A DNA stretch of 64,000 nucleotides, taken from Rhodothermales bacterium. GTDB taxonomy: Bacteria > Bacteroidota > Rhodothermia > Rhodothermales > Bin80. The notes below the pieces were generated by a model. That model saw only the letters and a list, made by a program, of their open reading frames with translations. It did no database searches and had not been told where the DNA came from. The stretch is from the NCBI GenBank assembly GCA_022820435.1, contig JAJEFL010000126.1:4419-68418 (forward strand), written 5' to 3'. Positions within the stretch are counted from its first letter, which is position 1. Every line of letters begins with the position of its first letter. Both the position numbers and the translations under genes were made by a program. Of the stretch, positions 38,146 through 46,600 are shown one piece after another.

Positions 38146-40497
38146 TTACCAGTTGACGCGGGCCTCTGGAGATTGCTGATCCTGAGGTGAGATTTCACTG
38201 CGTAAAGACGGAGAAGGAAAGGTGTCGTTGATGCTGAGCATGAGCTCTTCATTTTCCGACAGGTTCTGCAGGAATTCGCCGACCACAAACAGGGCATTGT
38301 GTGCACCCTGCCCCCAGTAGGAGGAACGAAAATTCATGCGCCGGTCATTAAAGCCGACCCACGCACCCGTAACCAGTTCTGGGTGCATGAGGACAAACCA
38401 GCCATCCGCCCCTTTCTGGGTCGTTCCCGTCTTTCCTGCGAAGTCATATCCATACAATCCGTAGCCACTTCGGATACGAATACCGGTGCCATAGGGTTTG
38501 TTGATCACATCCCGCAGCATATCAATCACAACGGCGGTCTTTTCTTCGGAGAGGACCTCACGCGGGTGCTCGCGTGAGGGGTCATGCTGGTAGTCATAGA
38601 CAATCTTCCCCGTTTCTTCATTGATGATTCGGGTAACCATGACCGGGTCAGTCTGGATTCCCCGATTAGCTAGGGTGCTGTAGGCATTAACCGATTCGAG
38701 GAGCGTGACTTCGCTTGTCCCCAGCGCTAGCGACAGGACGGGGTCCAGATCACTTTTGATCCCCATATTTTTTGCAAGATTCGCTACATTCAACGGATTA
38801 ATGTCATGGATGACCTGTGCAGTGATGGTATTCAGAGAACGGGCTAGGCCCTCCCGCATCGGCATCCATTCTCCGGTGGTTTCATCGCTGAAGTTCTGTG
38901 GACTCCATACTTCTCCTGTAACTTCATTTGGGTACTGAAAGACAGAATCCATATAAAGTTTTTCCGGTGAGTAGTTGGCATCAATTGCGAATGCATAGGT
39001 GAAGGGTTTGAATACCGAGCCCGGCTGTCTTCTGGCAACGCTCACATGGTCATACCAGTCCGTAGAAAGATCTCGTCCACCGACCCACGCTTTGACATAT
39101 CCGTTGGTCGGATCCATGGCAACAAAGCCATTTTCCAGGCGGCTTTTCGTGCTTTTAAGCGAGTCAATAAATGCGGGATCGTTTTTCAATTCCTGCAAGG
39201 CATCTGCCCCGTTTTTGCCTTTACTGCGAAGGCTCCGATATTGTGCAGATTCCCGGATATATGCATTCAGAAGGGCGGAATTACGTTCCCAAAACCATGT
39301 CCAGTGATTCTCGGGATCTGTATGACAGGAATCTGTCAGATATTTGGAAATTTCTCCACCATATCGCATTCGGGGGCTGGCGGCAGCACTCCACTCACAG
39401 TTTGCGACTGCCTGCAAACCATCCAGTGTACCGGTTACGGCGGAGCGGGCGGTGGATTGCATTCTGGAGTCCAGTGTGGTCTCAATGCGCAGTCTGCTGT
39501 TATAGATGTCAATACCTTCCTCTTTTCCCCATTCTGATGCCCACTGACGAACCTGCTCGGCAAAATAAGGTGCAATGCTTTGTGTTACATCGGCAGTTCG
39601 GAGCCGGGTAGTGGTTAAAGAGTCTTTCACAACCTCATAGGTGTCTTTGTCAAGCCATTTCTGCGTGATCATTCGTCGCAATACGGTATTTCGACGGATT
39701 CTGGATCGTTCAGGATTGCGCAGGGGATCGTAGCGATAGGTTCCCTTGAGGAGTCCGATCAGTGTCGCACTTTCAAGTATATCCAGATCAGAGGCAGCTT
39801 TGCCAAAGTAGGTCCGTGCAGCAGCTTCAATTCCATAGGCATTATAAAGGAACGGGACCGTATTCAAATACATTTCGGCGATCTCGTCTTTTGAATAGAG
39901 TCGTTCCAGGCGCACTGCGGTTACCATCTCTTTTAATTTTCGCTTCACACTGACCTCAAATCCAATCTGCTCATTGTAAATGTTGCGTGCCAGCTGCTGG
40001 GTGATGGTGGATCCCCCCTGACGATCAAAAGGAAGCCCAAGTTTGCCAAGTAAAGATTGGGTCGCTGCCGAGGCGGTACGAAAGAGATTGACCCCCCAAT
40101 GGTTATAGAAGCGGTGATCTTCGGTGGCAATCAGTGCCTGCCGTGCGTGAATAGAAATAGAGTCAAACGGAACCCAGCTGCGGTTCTGCCGACCAAACCG
40201 GGCCAGTTCAACACCATCTGCGGTATACGCGACGCTGGCATAGGACAATTCAGGGTTTTCGATCTCCCGCAGAGAGGGAGTATCCCAGGATAGGATCCAC
40301 ATATACGTCAGCAAAAAGAGGGCACCGGCAATGACTGCTAAGGCCGGAATGCTCAGGATAAATGCGGCATGCGCGGCATCGCCCTTCCGAAAAATACGAA
40401 GCAAAAAATTCTTGTATTTCGCAATCATCAAGAGTTGATTTCGGTTTTCTGTATGTACTGGTACTGGATTCGGCAGGCCTCGGTTACCGAAAAACAA
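38146..40497 (-). CDS. mrcA: penicillin-binding protein 1A (bifunctional transglycosylase/transpeptidase)
   Basis: GT51 motifs (ATEDHRFYNHWG, GGSTITQQLARN) and transpeptidase motifs SVFKP and KTGTT. The start may be the downstream MIAKYK (40428). Confidence 0.9.
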   Translation of the reverse strand: MFFGNRGLPNPVPVHTENRNQLLMIAKYKNFLLRIFRKGDAAHAAFILSIPALAVIAGALFLLTYMWILSWDTPSLREIENPELSYASVAYTADGVELARFGRQNRSWVPFDSISIHARQALIATEDHRFYNHWGVNLFRTASAATQSLLGKLGLPFDRQGGSTITQQLARNIYNEQIGFEVSVKRKLKEMVTAVRLERLYSKDEIAEMYLNTVPFLYNAYGIEAAARTYFGKAASDLDILESATLIGLLKGTYRYDPLRNPERSRIRRNTVLRRMITQKWLDKDTYEVVKDSLTTTRLRTADVTQSIAPYFAEQVRQWASEWGKEEGIDIYNSRLRIETTLDSRMQSTARSAVTGTLDGLQAVANCEWSAAASPRMRYGGEISKYLTDSCHTDPENHWTWFWERNSALLNAYIRESAQYRSLRSKGKNGADALQELKNDPAFIDSLKSTKSRLENGFVAMDPTNGYVKAWVGGRDLSTDWYDHVSVARRQPGSVFKPFTYAFAIDANYSPEKLYMDSVFQYPNEVTGEVWSPQNFSDETTGEWMPMREGLARSLNTITAQVIHDINPLNVANLAKNMGIKSDLDPVLSLALGTSEVTLLESVNAYSTLANRGIQTDPVMVTRIINEETGKIVYDYQHDPSREHPREVLSEEKTAVVIDMLRDVINKPYGTGIRIRSGYGLYGYDFAGKTGTTQKGADGWFVLMHPELVTGAWVGFNDRRMNFRSSYWGQGAHNALFVVGEFLQNLSENEELMLSINDTFPSPSLRSEISPQDQQSPEARVNW

Positions 40498-41193
40498 TTA
40501 TACAGGCTTTAATGCGGTCGGGATCAATTTTCAGCAACAGGAGCCTCTGCGCGGAATTCATCATGGTGATCTGTTCTGTCAGAGGTTTTATTTTCTGTTC
40601 TACGAACGATGTACCGGGATATTTCGTATATGGCCTTTCTTGATGTCATGTCAGAGATAAGGTAAGCGGTCGGAGTGCAGGGATGCTTTTCATCCAGAAA
40701 CGCTCTTTGTCGGACGCAATTGGAGTTCGCAGTTCACTGATCCGCCTCGTTGTGTGTGCTCTCTTTCTGAAATGAAGTTTTCAGGTGACTTCAGCGAAAA
40801 ATGTCAACGACATCAGCCCGTAGTGTTTCTCCGTAATGCCCCCATCTCAGAGAGTTGACTTTGCCCTGATGGCTTCTAAAAGCAACCCGTTCACTGAACA
40901 TGACAAACATCAAAAACATGGAAATCTGTTTTTAGAGATCTCCGGGTGCTCTTGATACGGTGCCGCGGGGGTATTTGCGGGAAAATCAGTAACTTTGCAG
41001 AAATACTGGCGTAACGGGCACCGACTGCGCCCCTTTTGAGATGTACGATGTCTATGGATTAAGTTCGGGAAAACGCTTTCTGCTTGAAGTATGCATGTGA
41101 AAATGGAAGATCCCTGTTCATGTTCCGATTAATGGGTATCATTGCGGTCAATTAAAATCATCCTACCCGCAGGAGTAGACAGGGCCCGCAAGT

Positions 41194-41796
41194 TTGACCA
41201 TAATGACTGCGCCAAATATCATTTTACAGATAACAACGGTAATGAGCAGCGGCATGGATGTTGATTTTCAAAAATTGGTGGATTCCAATCCCGGGAACTG
41301 CTCTCTCGGGGAATATCAATATATCGGCAATCTGATTGACCTGCACGCTCCCGGGAATATTCTCGTCTTCGGTATCGGCTATGACTCCCCCTACTGGATG
41401 GATATTAATTCTGGCGGACAGACGCTATTTCTGGAAGACAGCACGTATTGGATTCAAAAGGTAAAATCCCAAAATCCGACCATTGTGGTGGAAGAAATAA
41501 CTTATACGACCAAGCGAAGGCAGTGGAGGCGGATTATTGACCAACCCGAAAAACTCCAGTTATCCTTACCCCGGGCTGTTCTTGAAACTTTCTGGGATGT
41601 AGTGTTTATTGACGCTCCAAGAGGTAATAAAGGACGGTTTCCCGGCCGCATGCAAAGCATCTTCTCTGCATCAAATTTGAACTGTAAACATATCCTGGCT
41701 CACGACTGCAACCGCAGAGTGGAACGTATATATTTTCAGAGATATATCGGCGAGCCGACCCACATCGTGGATAAACTGTTCCACAAGGTAAATTGA
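41194..41796 (+). CDS. DUF579-type putative polysaccharide methyltransferase (plant GXM/IRX15-like)
   Basis: ILVFGIGYDSPYW...GGQTLFLED...YTTK...WDVVFIDAPRG...FPGRMQSIFSA...HDCNRRVERIY mirrors the block order I recall for plant DUF579 proteins. The start is either TTG 41194 or ATG 41203. Confidence 0.6.
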   Translation: MTIMTAPNIILQITTVMSSGMDVDFQKLVDSNPGNCSLGEYQYIGNLIDLHAPGNILVFGIGYDSPYWMDINSGGQTLFLEDSTYWIQKVKSQNPTIVVEEITYTTKRRQWRRIIDQPEKLQLSLPRAVLETFWDVVFIDAPRGNKGRFPGRMQSIFSASNLNCKHILAHDCNRRVERIYFQRYIGEPTHIVDKLFHKVN

Positions 41797-41922
41797 GGAC
41801 TATCCGATTCGCCGGGCACAGAACCCTTGTTCAGTCTGACCGCCGATGGATCTACACTGACCGCCTGACCTTCCCCATATCATTGGAATTACCCCCCAAT
41901 GATGTGGCCCGGCATGGAGAAA

Positions 41923-43359
41923 TTATTTTCGATAGTCCAAGGGAGGGGCTCGATCACCCAGAAGCGGCTGATATTCAAAATCTTCGCCTCTGCGTTCTTC
42001 AAACTCCCGCCTTGCAGCAAGCAATAATTCATCATCCATTACAAGATCTATCACGGTCATCGCTAAGACCTTAGAGGCCAGTACAAGCCCTTTCTTACCG
42101 ATACTCATTCCCCCTGCGGCGACTGCCTGCCAGCTATGGGCGGATGTTCCTGGAACCCAGGTGGCTGCATTGAAGCCCGCTGTCGGTGCCATGTAGCTTA
42201 CATCGCCGACATCGGTAGATCCTTTGGTCGTCCTCGGCATAAACGGCTGGATCGTAGATTGTGAGCCTAAAGGGATTAATGCAGCATCCAGAGTTTTCCG
42301 AATTTTTTCGGCAAACTGCTGTTCACCTGCATCATATTCCACCCCGCCGATGGTCTCCAGATTGGATAGAATAGCACGGGATAGAACGTCATTCGGGAGT
42401 ATGCTGTGTAAGCCATGGATAATTTCATAATCCATCGTGGTTCCCGTCCCTAATGCAGCACCCTCCGCGGCCTGTACCACGCGCGGAAAGATCTCTTCAA
42501 GCGTCTGTGCAAAAGGATGGCGAACATAGTAATAGACCTCTGCATAGTCAGGTACAACATTGGGGGCAAGTCCTCCGCGTGTAATGACATAATGGATGCG
42601 GGTTTCCTGGGGGACATGTTCGCGGAGCAGGTTGGTCATCATATTCATGGCTTCCACCCCGTCAAGGGCGCTTCGCCCCCGCTCAGGGGCACCTGCCGCA
42701 TGTGTGGAGTGTCCATAAAACCGGAATTTTGCGGATCGATTCGCCAGCGTTGTGGCTGGACTTGCATCATTACGGTCACTTGGATGCCAGTGGAGCACCG
42801 CATCTACATCATCAAACAGCCCCTCCCGCACCAGATACACTTTCCCTGCCCCTCCCTCTTCGGCGGGCGTGCCATAAAGGCGGACCGTACCACTGCGTCC
42901 GCTGGATGCCAGCCACTCCTTGACCGCCACTGCGGCACCTGCGGAGGCCGCGCCAAACAAATGATGCCCGCAGGCATGTCCTGATCCGTCTTTGAGCAGT
43001 GGTTCTCTGACCGGTGTTGATTTCTGTGATAATCCGGGCAAGGCATCAAATTCAGCCAGAATACTAATAACCGGGGCACCAATGCCATACTCGGCTACAA
43101 AGGCGGTGGGAATTCCGACAATCCCGGACTCCACTGAAAACCCCTCATTCGTAAGTACTTCCTGCAACAGAGCACTGCTTTTTTCTTCCTGGTATCCAAG
43201 TTCCGCCCACCCCCATATCTGGTGAGCAATATTGAAGAATTCATCCCCTCTGGCATCCAGGATCCGGGCGACCTCTGTTTTCTGGGCCATCAATGTACCT
43301 GGAAAGAGTGTAAGAAGCGAGATGAAGAGTACTAGTCTGCGGTTCATGTCCGTCGTCAT
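41923..43359 (-). CDS. M20-family amidohydrolase (AbgB/hippurate hydrolase-like), secreted
   Basis: The start was taken at MTTDMNRRLVLFISLLTL, an ATGA overlap with the upstream gene. Motifs: GHACGHHLFGAAS and an M20 dimerisation-type middle region. Confidence 0.8.
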   Translation of the reverse strand: MTTDMNRRLVLFISLLTLFPGTLMAQKTEVARILDARGDEFFNIAHQIWGWAELGYQEEKSSALLQEVLTNEGFSVESGIVGIPTAFVAEYGIGAPVISILAEFDALPGLSQKSTPVREPLLKDGSGHACGHHLFGAASAGAAVAVKEWLASSGRSGTVRLYGTPAEEGGAGKVYLVREGLFDDVDAVLHWHPSDRNDASPATTLANRSAKFRFYGHSTHAAGAPERGRSALDGVEAMNMMTNLLREHVPQETRIHYVITRGGLAPNVVPDYAEVYYYVRHPFAQTLEEIFPRVVQAAEGAALGTGTTMDYEIIHGLHSILPNDVLSRAILSNLETIGGVEYDAGEQQFAEKIRKTLDAALIPLGSQSTIQPFMPRTTKGSTDVGDVSYMAPTAGFNAATWVPGTSAHSWQAVAAGGMSIGKKGLVLASKVLAMTVIDLVMDDELLLAARREFEERRGEDFEYQPLLGDRAPPLDYRK

Positions 43360-44216
43360 TTTTGTTGGTTGTTGAGAATTTCCTGCCAGCCCGCCACATA
43401 TGCCTTGGCCGGCCATGCAAGGTAGCCGGGATACGATTGTCGGGCATCTTTGACCGCACGCCAATCAATCTCCACAGTCGAAATGCGCTCCATGGTTTCC
43501 AAAACCACCTCCCCCATTGGATCCACAACCAGAGATGGACCTCCCATCTCAACGCCGAACTCCGGTCGGGGGCGGCCCACGGACATCACCCAGGCGGAGG
43601 CGGTAAGTGCCATTGCCCGGTAAGCCAGACACCATCGGTTCCATGAAGATGGACTGGTTGCACGCGGGGCCAGAATCACCTGCACCCCCTGCGCTGCAAG
43701 CAGCTGTGCCGCGGTAGGCCGATTGGCATCCGAGCAGATCTGGACCCCGAACTTTGTACTCATACATTCAATGACGCGCGGAGGATTATCCGTGGGTTCA
43801 TAGTGGTCACATTCCCGGAATCCATCTTCGTCAGGCAGAACGTGTTTTTCTGATGTGCCTGCGATATACCCGTGTGCATCAATGAGCATTGCAAGGTTTA
43901 TGCGGTGACCATCATGCATAACACGGATCACACCTCCCAGTACAGCAATCCCTATCCTCCGGGCGGCATTACGCTGCATAGTTTCCCGCCAGCCACCTGG
44001 AGTTTCGGCATCTTCAGTTCTTGCCTGTCTGGTAGCTGGAGACCATTCATTGAGTGGCAATTCGGGCAGGACGGCCAAGTCTGCTCCTTGCTTATGTGCT
44101 TCCTGCAGACATGCAGTCAGCGCCTCTTCTGCGCTGAAAACCTCACTGATCAGCGCAATCTTCAATGAATCCGATCCTGTCTCCATATGAGATTTCCCAA
44201 ACCTATTTGATCTCAA
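43356..44216 (-). CDS. carbon-nitrogen hydrolase (nitrilase superfamily)
   Basis: A catalytic E-K-C pattern is plausible (LPELPL..., KHVLP, VQICSDA). Confidence 0.75.
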   Translation of the reverse strand: MRSNRFGKSHMETGSDSLKIALISEVFSAEEALTACLQEAHKQGADLAVLPELPLNEWSPATRQARTEDAETPGGWRETMQRNAARRIGIAVLGGVIRVMHDGHRINLAMLIDAHGYIAGTSEKHVLPDEDGFRECDHYEPTDNPPRVIECMSTKFGVQICSDANRPTAAQLLAAQGVQVILAPRATSPSSWNRWCLAYRAMALTASAWVMSVGRPRPEFGVEMGGPSLVVDPMGEVVLETMERISTVEIDWRAVKDARQSYPGYLAWPAKAYVAGWQEILNNQQK

Positions 44217-44278
44217 AAATTCATGTAATCAGGCTCCAAAGCAAAGACGATCCCGAATCTGTAAGATGCAGCACAATA

Positions 44279-45064
44279 CTATGCGACTTCCTTCACCGGG
44301 TATCGCCCGATAACTGGATACTGTTCCATATCAATTACCGTCCCACTGATGGGACGGGAACGATCACTCAGCCAATAAACCGCGGCGGCGGCAATTGTCT
44401 CAGGTGTAATCAGTGCGCCTGACGGGGCCACATCATGTGGTATACGATTTGGCCAATCCTCGGGCAGTCCATCGTTAATCTTGATCTGGTATTCATTTTC
44501 GGTCAGCACCCATCCAGGATTAATCTGGTTTACTCGAACACCGTATTGCATATGAAGACTGTTGCCAAGATTGCGGGTCATGGTCATTAATGCCCCCTTG
44601 GACATGCTGTAAGCCAGAAGTGGTTCTTCTCCGCAGTGTGCATTGATGGATCCGATATTTACGATACTTCCCTTGCTTTGAGCTAAGTACTCTAATCCGG
44701 CCTGAATCAACAGGAGTGGGGCCTTTGCATTGACGTTCACAACACGGTCAAAAAGATCGGGGGTCGTTGATTCAATGGTTGACCTTGTCAGGAGTGCAGC
44801 ATTATTCACGACCCCATCCAATGCTCCGTACTGACTGAGTGCGGAATTAACAATGCGGGGTGCGGATTCCGGATCCAGTAAGTCGTCAACGTGGACCTTA
44901 CTGTGCCCACCTAAAATTCTCTGCGACTCATGCAGCCCAGTTTCATTCCGGTCTACCAGAAGAACCTGTGCGCCCTCTTGAATACACGCATGGGCAATGG
45001 CGCGTCCAATGCCTCCTGCAGATCCTGTAATGATCAATGTTTTTTCCTGTAACTGCATGATCAA
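44279..45064 (-). CDS. SDR-family oxidoreductase
   Basis: TGSAGGIGRAIA cofactor motif, NNAA, and YSMSK (YxxxK) catalytic motif. Confidence 0.9.
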   Translation of the reverse strand: MIMQLQEKTLIITGSAGGIGRAIAHACIQEGAQVLLVDRNETGLHESQRILGGHSKVHVDDLLDPESAPRIVNSALSQYGALDGVVNNAALLTRSTIESTTPDLFDRVVNVNAKAPLLLIQAGLEYLAQSKGSIVNIGSINAHCGEEPLLAYSMSKGALMTMTRNLGNSLHMQYGVRVNQINPGWVLTENEYQIKINDGLPEDWPNRIPHDVAPSGALITPETIAAAAVYWLSDRSRPISGTVIDMEQYPVIGRYPVKEVA

Positions 45065-45206
45065 TCTAATTCCCGCATTTTACTTTGATGGGATTGCCGT
45101 TGAATTTAGGTGCAATCGTGGATCAGCGGAGGCATCTTGTCACAGCGGCAGAGCGGTTGGCGAATCCTGTATTCCCCCGAAGCATCCTATGAAGGGGATT
45201 CACCTC

Positions 45207-46127
45207 CTATTCTGACGGTTCATCAAAAAACGGGAACAGTGCTCTCAGTTCCTCTGGTGTTGGCTGGCTCCCGTATTCCGAGATCTCAAAGGCTTCTGCA
45301 AATTCAATTGCGTTTCCGCGTTCCTCTCCATAATACTGTATGAGCAAATCTCTGTAGGTGTCTGCCACATGTGCATCCCGGGCCTGAAAGCGTTCCCGAA
45401 TCCAGGTCTTGCGGGCCTCCTCTTCTTGAGGAACCTGATCGTGGTACCCGGCAAGCCAGGCATTCCAGTCGGAAAACTGACTCCTGAGTGCAGCCATACA
45501 ACCATACTTCTGGTCTCCGACCGGACCAATATCCACAGCAATATCCGGTTCAAAGGGATAGGGCCGTTGAAAATGATCGTAGTAGTACAGGAATACCGGA
45601 TTTTTTTCTACACGCGGGACCGCAGGCGTAAAAAAGGGAACGGTGACCATGAATGCAGCATCCTGAACCAGAATTGCCGTATACCGGTGATCAGGGTGAT
45701 AATCATTTGAGCGCGGCCCCAGAACGATATCGGCTTGCCAATCCCGAATCAGTCGGGCAATAATCTTGCGGTTCTCCAGCGTAGGCATGAGTTCTCCGTC
45801 ATGGTTATCAAGCATGACGGTCTCTTCTATCCCCAGGATATCCCGGCAGTCTTCAATCTCGGCCTTTCGTGTAAGGGCAAGTGGGCCGCCTGCCATTGCG
45901 TAATGTCCGATATCTCCATTCGTGACGGAGACGAATTTCACTTTGTGCCCCATTGCGGCCCACATGGAAGCAACGCCGGCTGCACGCACTTCGCAGTCAT
46001 CCGGATGCCCTCCGAAGGCAATAATCCGGAGGGGCTTCGGTTCTTGTGCCTCTACACAGGTAGGAAGGATAATTCCAAGCAGGAATAGACAGATAAACAC
46101 CCAACGGGCTGAATCCTGAGTTTTCAT
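45207..46127 (-). CDS. PIG-L/LmbE-family deacetylase, secreted
   Basis: A signal peptide, then IIAFGGHPDDCEVRAAG (AHPDD-type zinc motif) and a later HPDH. Confidence 0.8.
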   Translation of the reverse strand: MKTQDSARWVFICLFLLGIILPTCVEAQEPKPLRIIAFGGHPDDCEVRAAGVASMWAAMGHKVKFVSVTNGDIGHYAMAGGPLALTRKAEIEDCRDILGIEETVMLDNHDGELMPTLENRKIIARLIRDWQADIVLGPRSNDYHPDHRYTAILVQDAAFMVTVPFFTPAVPRVEKNPVFLYYYDHFQRPYPFEPDIAVDIGPVGDQKYGCMAALRSQFSDWNAWLAGYHDQVPQEEEARKTWIRERFQARDAHVADTYRDLLIQYYGEERGNAIEFAEAFEISEYGSQPTPEELRALFPFFDEPSE

Positions 46128-46600
46128 GATATTGAACTAAGTGATCGTTTGTATGTCCACCTGAATAATAGCACTTTCTCGCGTAACTGCAAGAATTCAG
46201 GGTTTTCGACTGAAGATCGAAAAATGATTTCCAGGAACCCGGCATTTCTGTTGGTTTCCGCCCTCATAATATAAATCCGGCACGACTTAGAATTTAGCAG
46301 ACAACCCGGCAGGCCCAATCCGAATGGGAAAATTCAAAATTCGTAACCAGTGCACACCATCATTTCCCGATGAATTTTCCTGCTGCCAGTCCACGCATTT
46401 TATTTGGGCTTATATTCGTACAGACACCAAACAGGGGAGGGGAATACCGCCCCCATTACAGCTGCAGTGAAATACTGATCCAACATTTTATACTGTGCAG
46501 TTATAGCACCTGTATTTGTGTTTGATGATCCCGGTTTTGCGTTGCGTATCAATTCGGGAGCAGGGGTTCATGGATTGCAATCCCCGGATCAGGCAGAAAC

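Noticed and set aside
40990-40997. TAACTTTG as a Bacteroidota -7 promoter box.
   Set aside because: The motif matches TAnnTTTG, but the nearest upstream TTTG is only ~12 nt away instead of ~19-21. A single 8-mer match is not enough to call a promoter.
46571-46582. Perfect palindrome GGATTGCAATCC just downstream of the DUF262 gene, considered as a terminator or protein-binding site.
   Set aside because: It has no loop and no following T-run, and a single 12-nt palindrome can occur by chance. It is mentioned only within the GmrSD finding.
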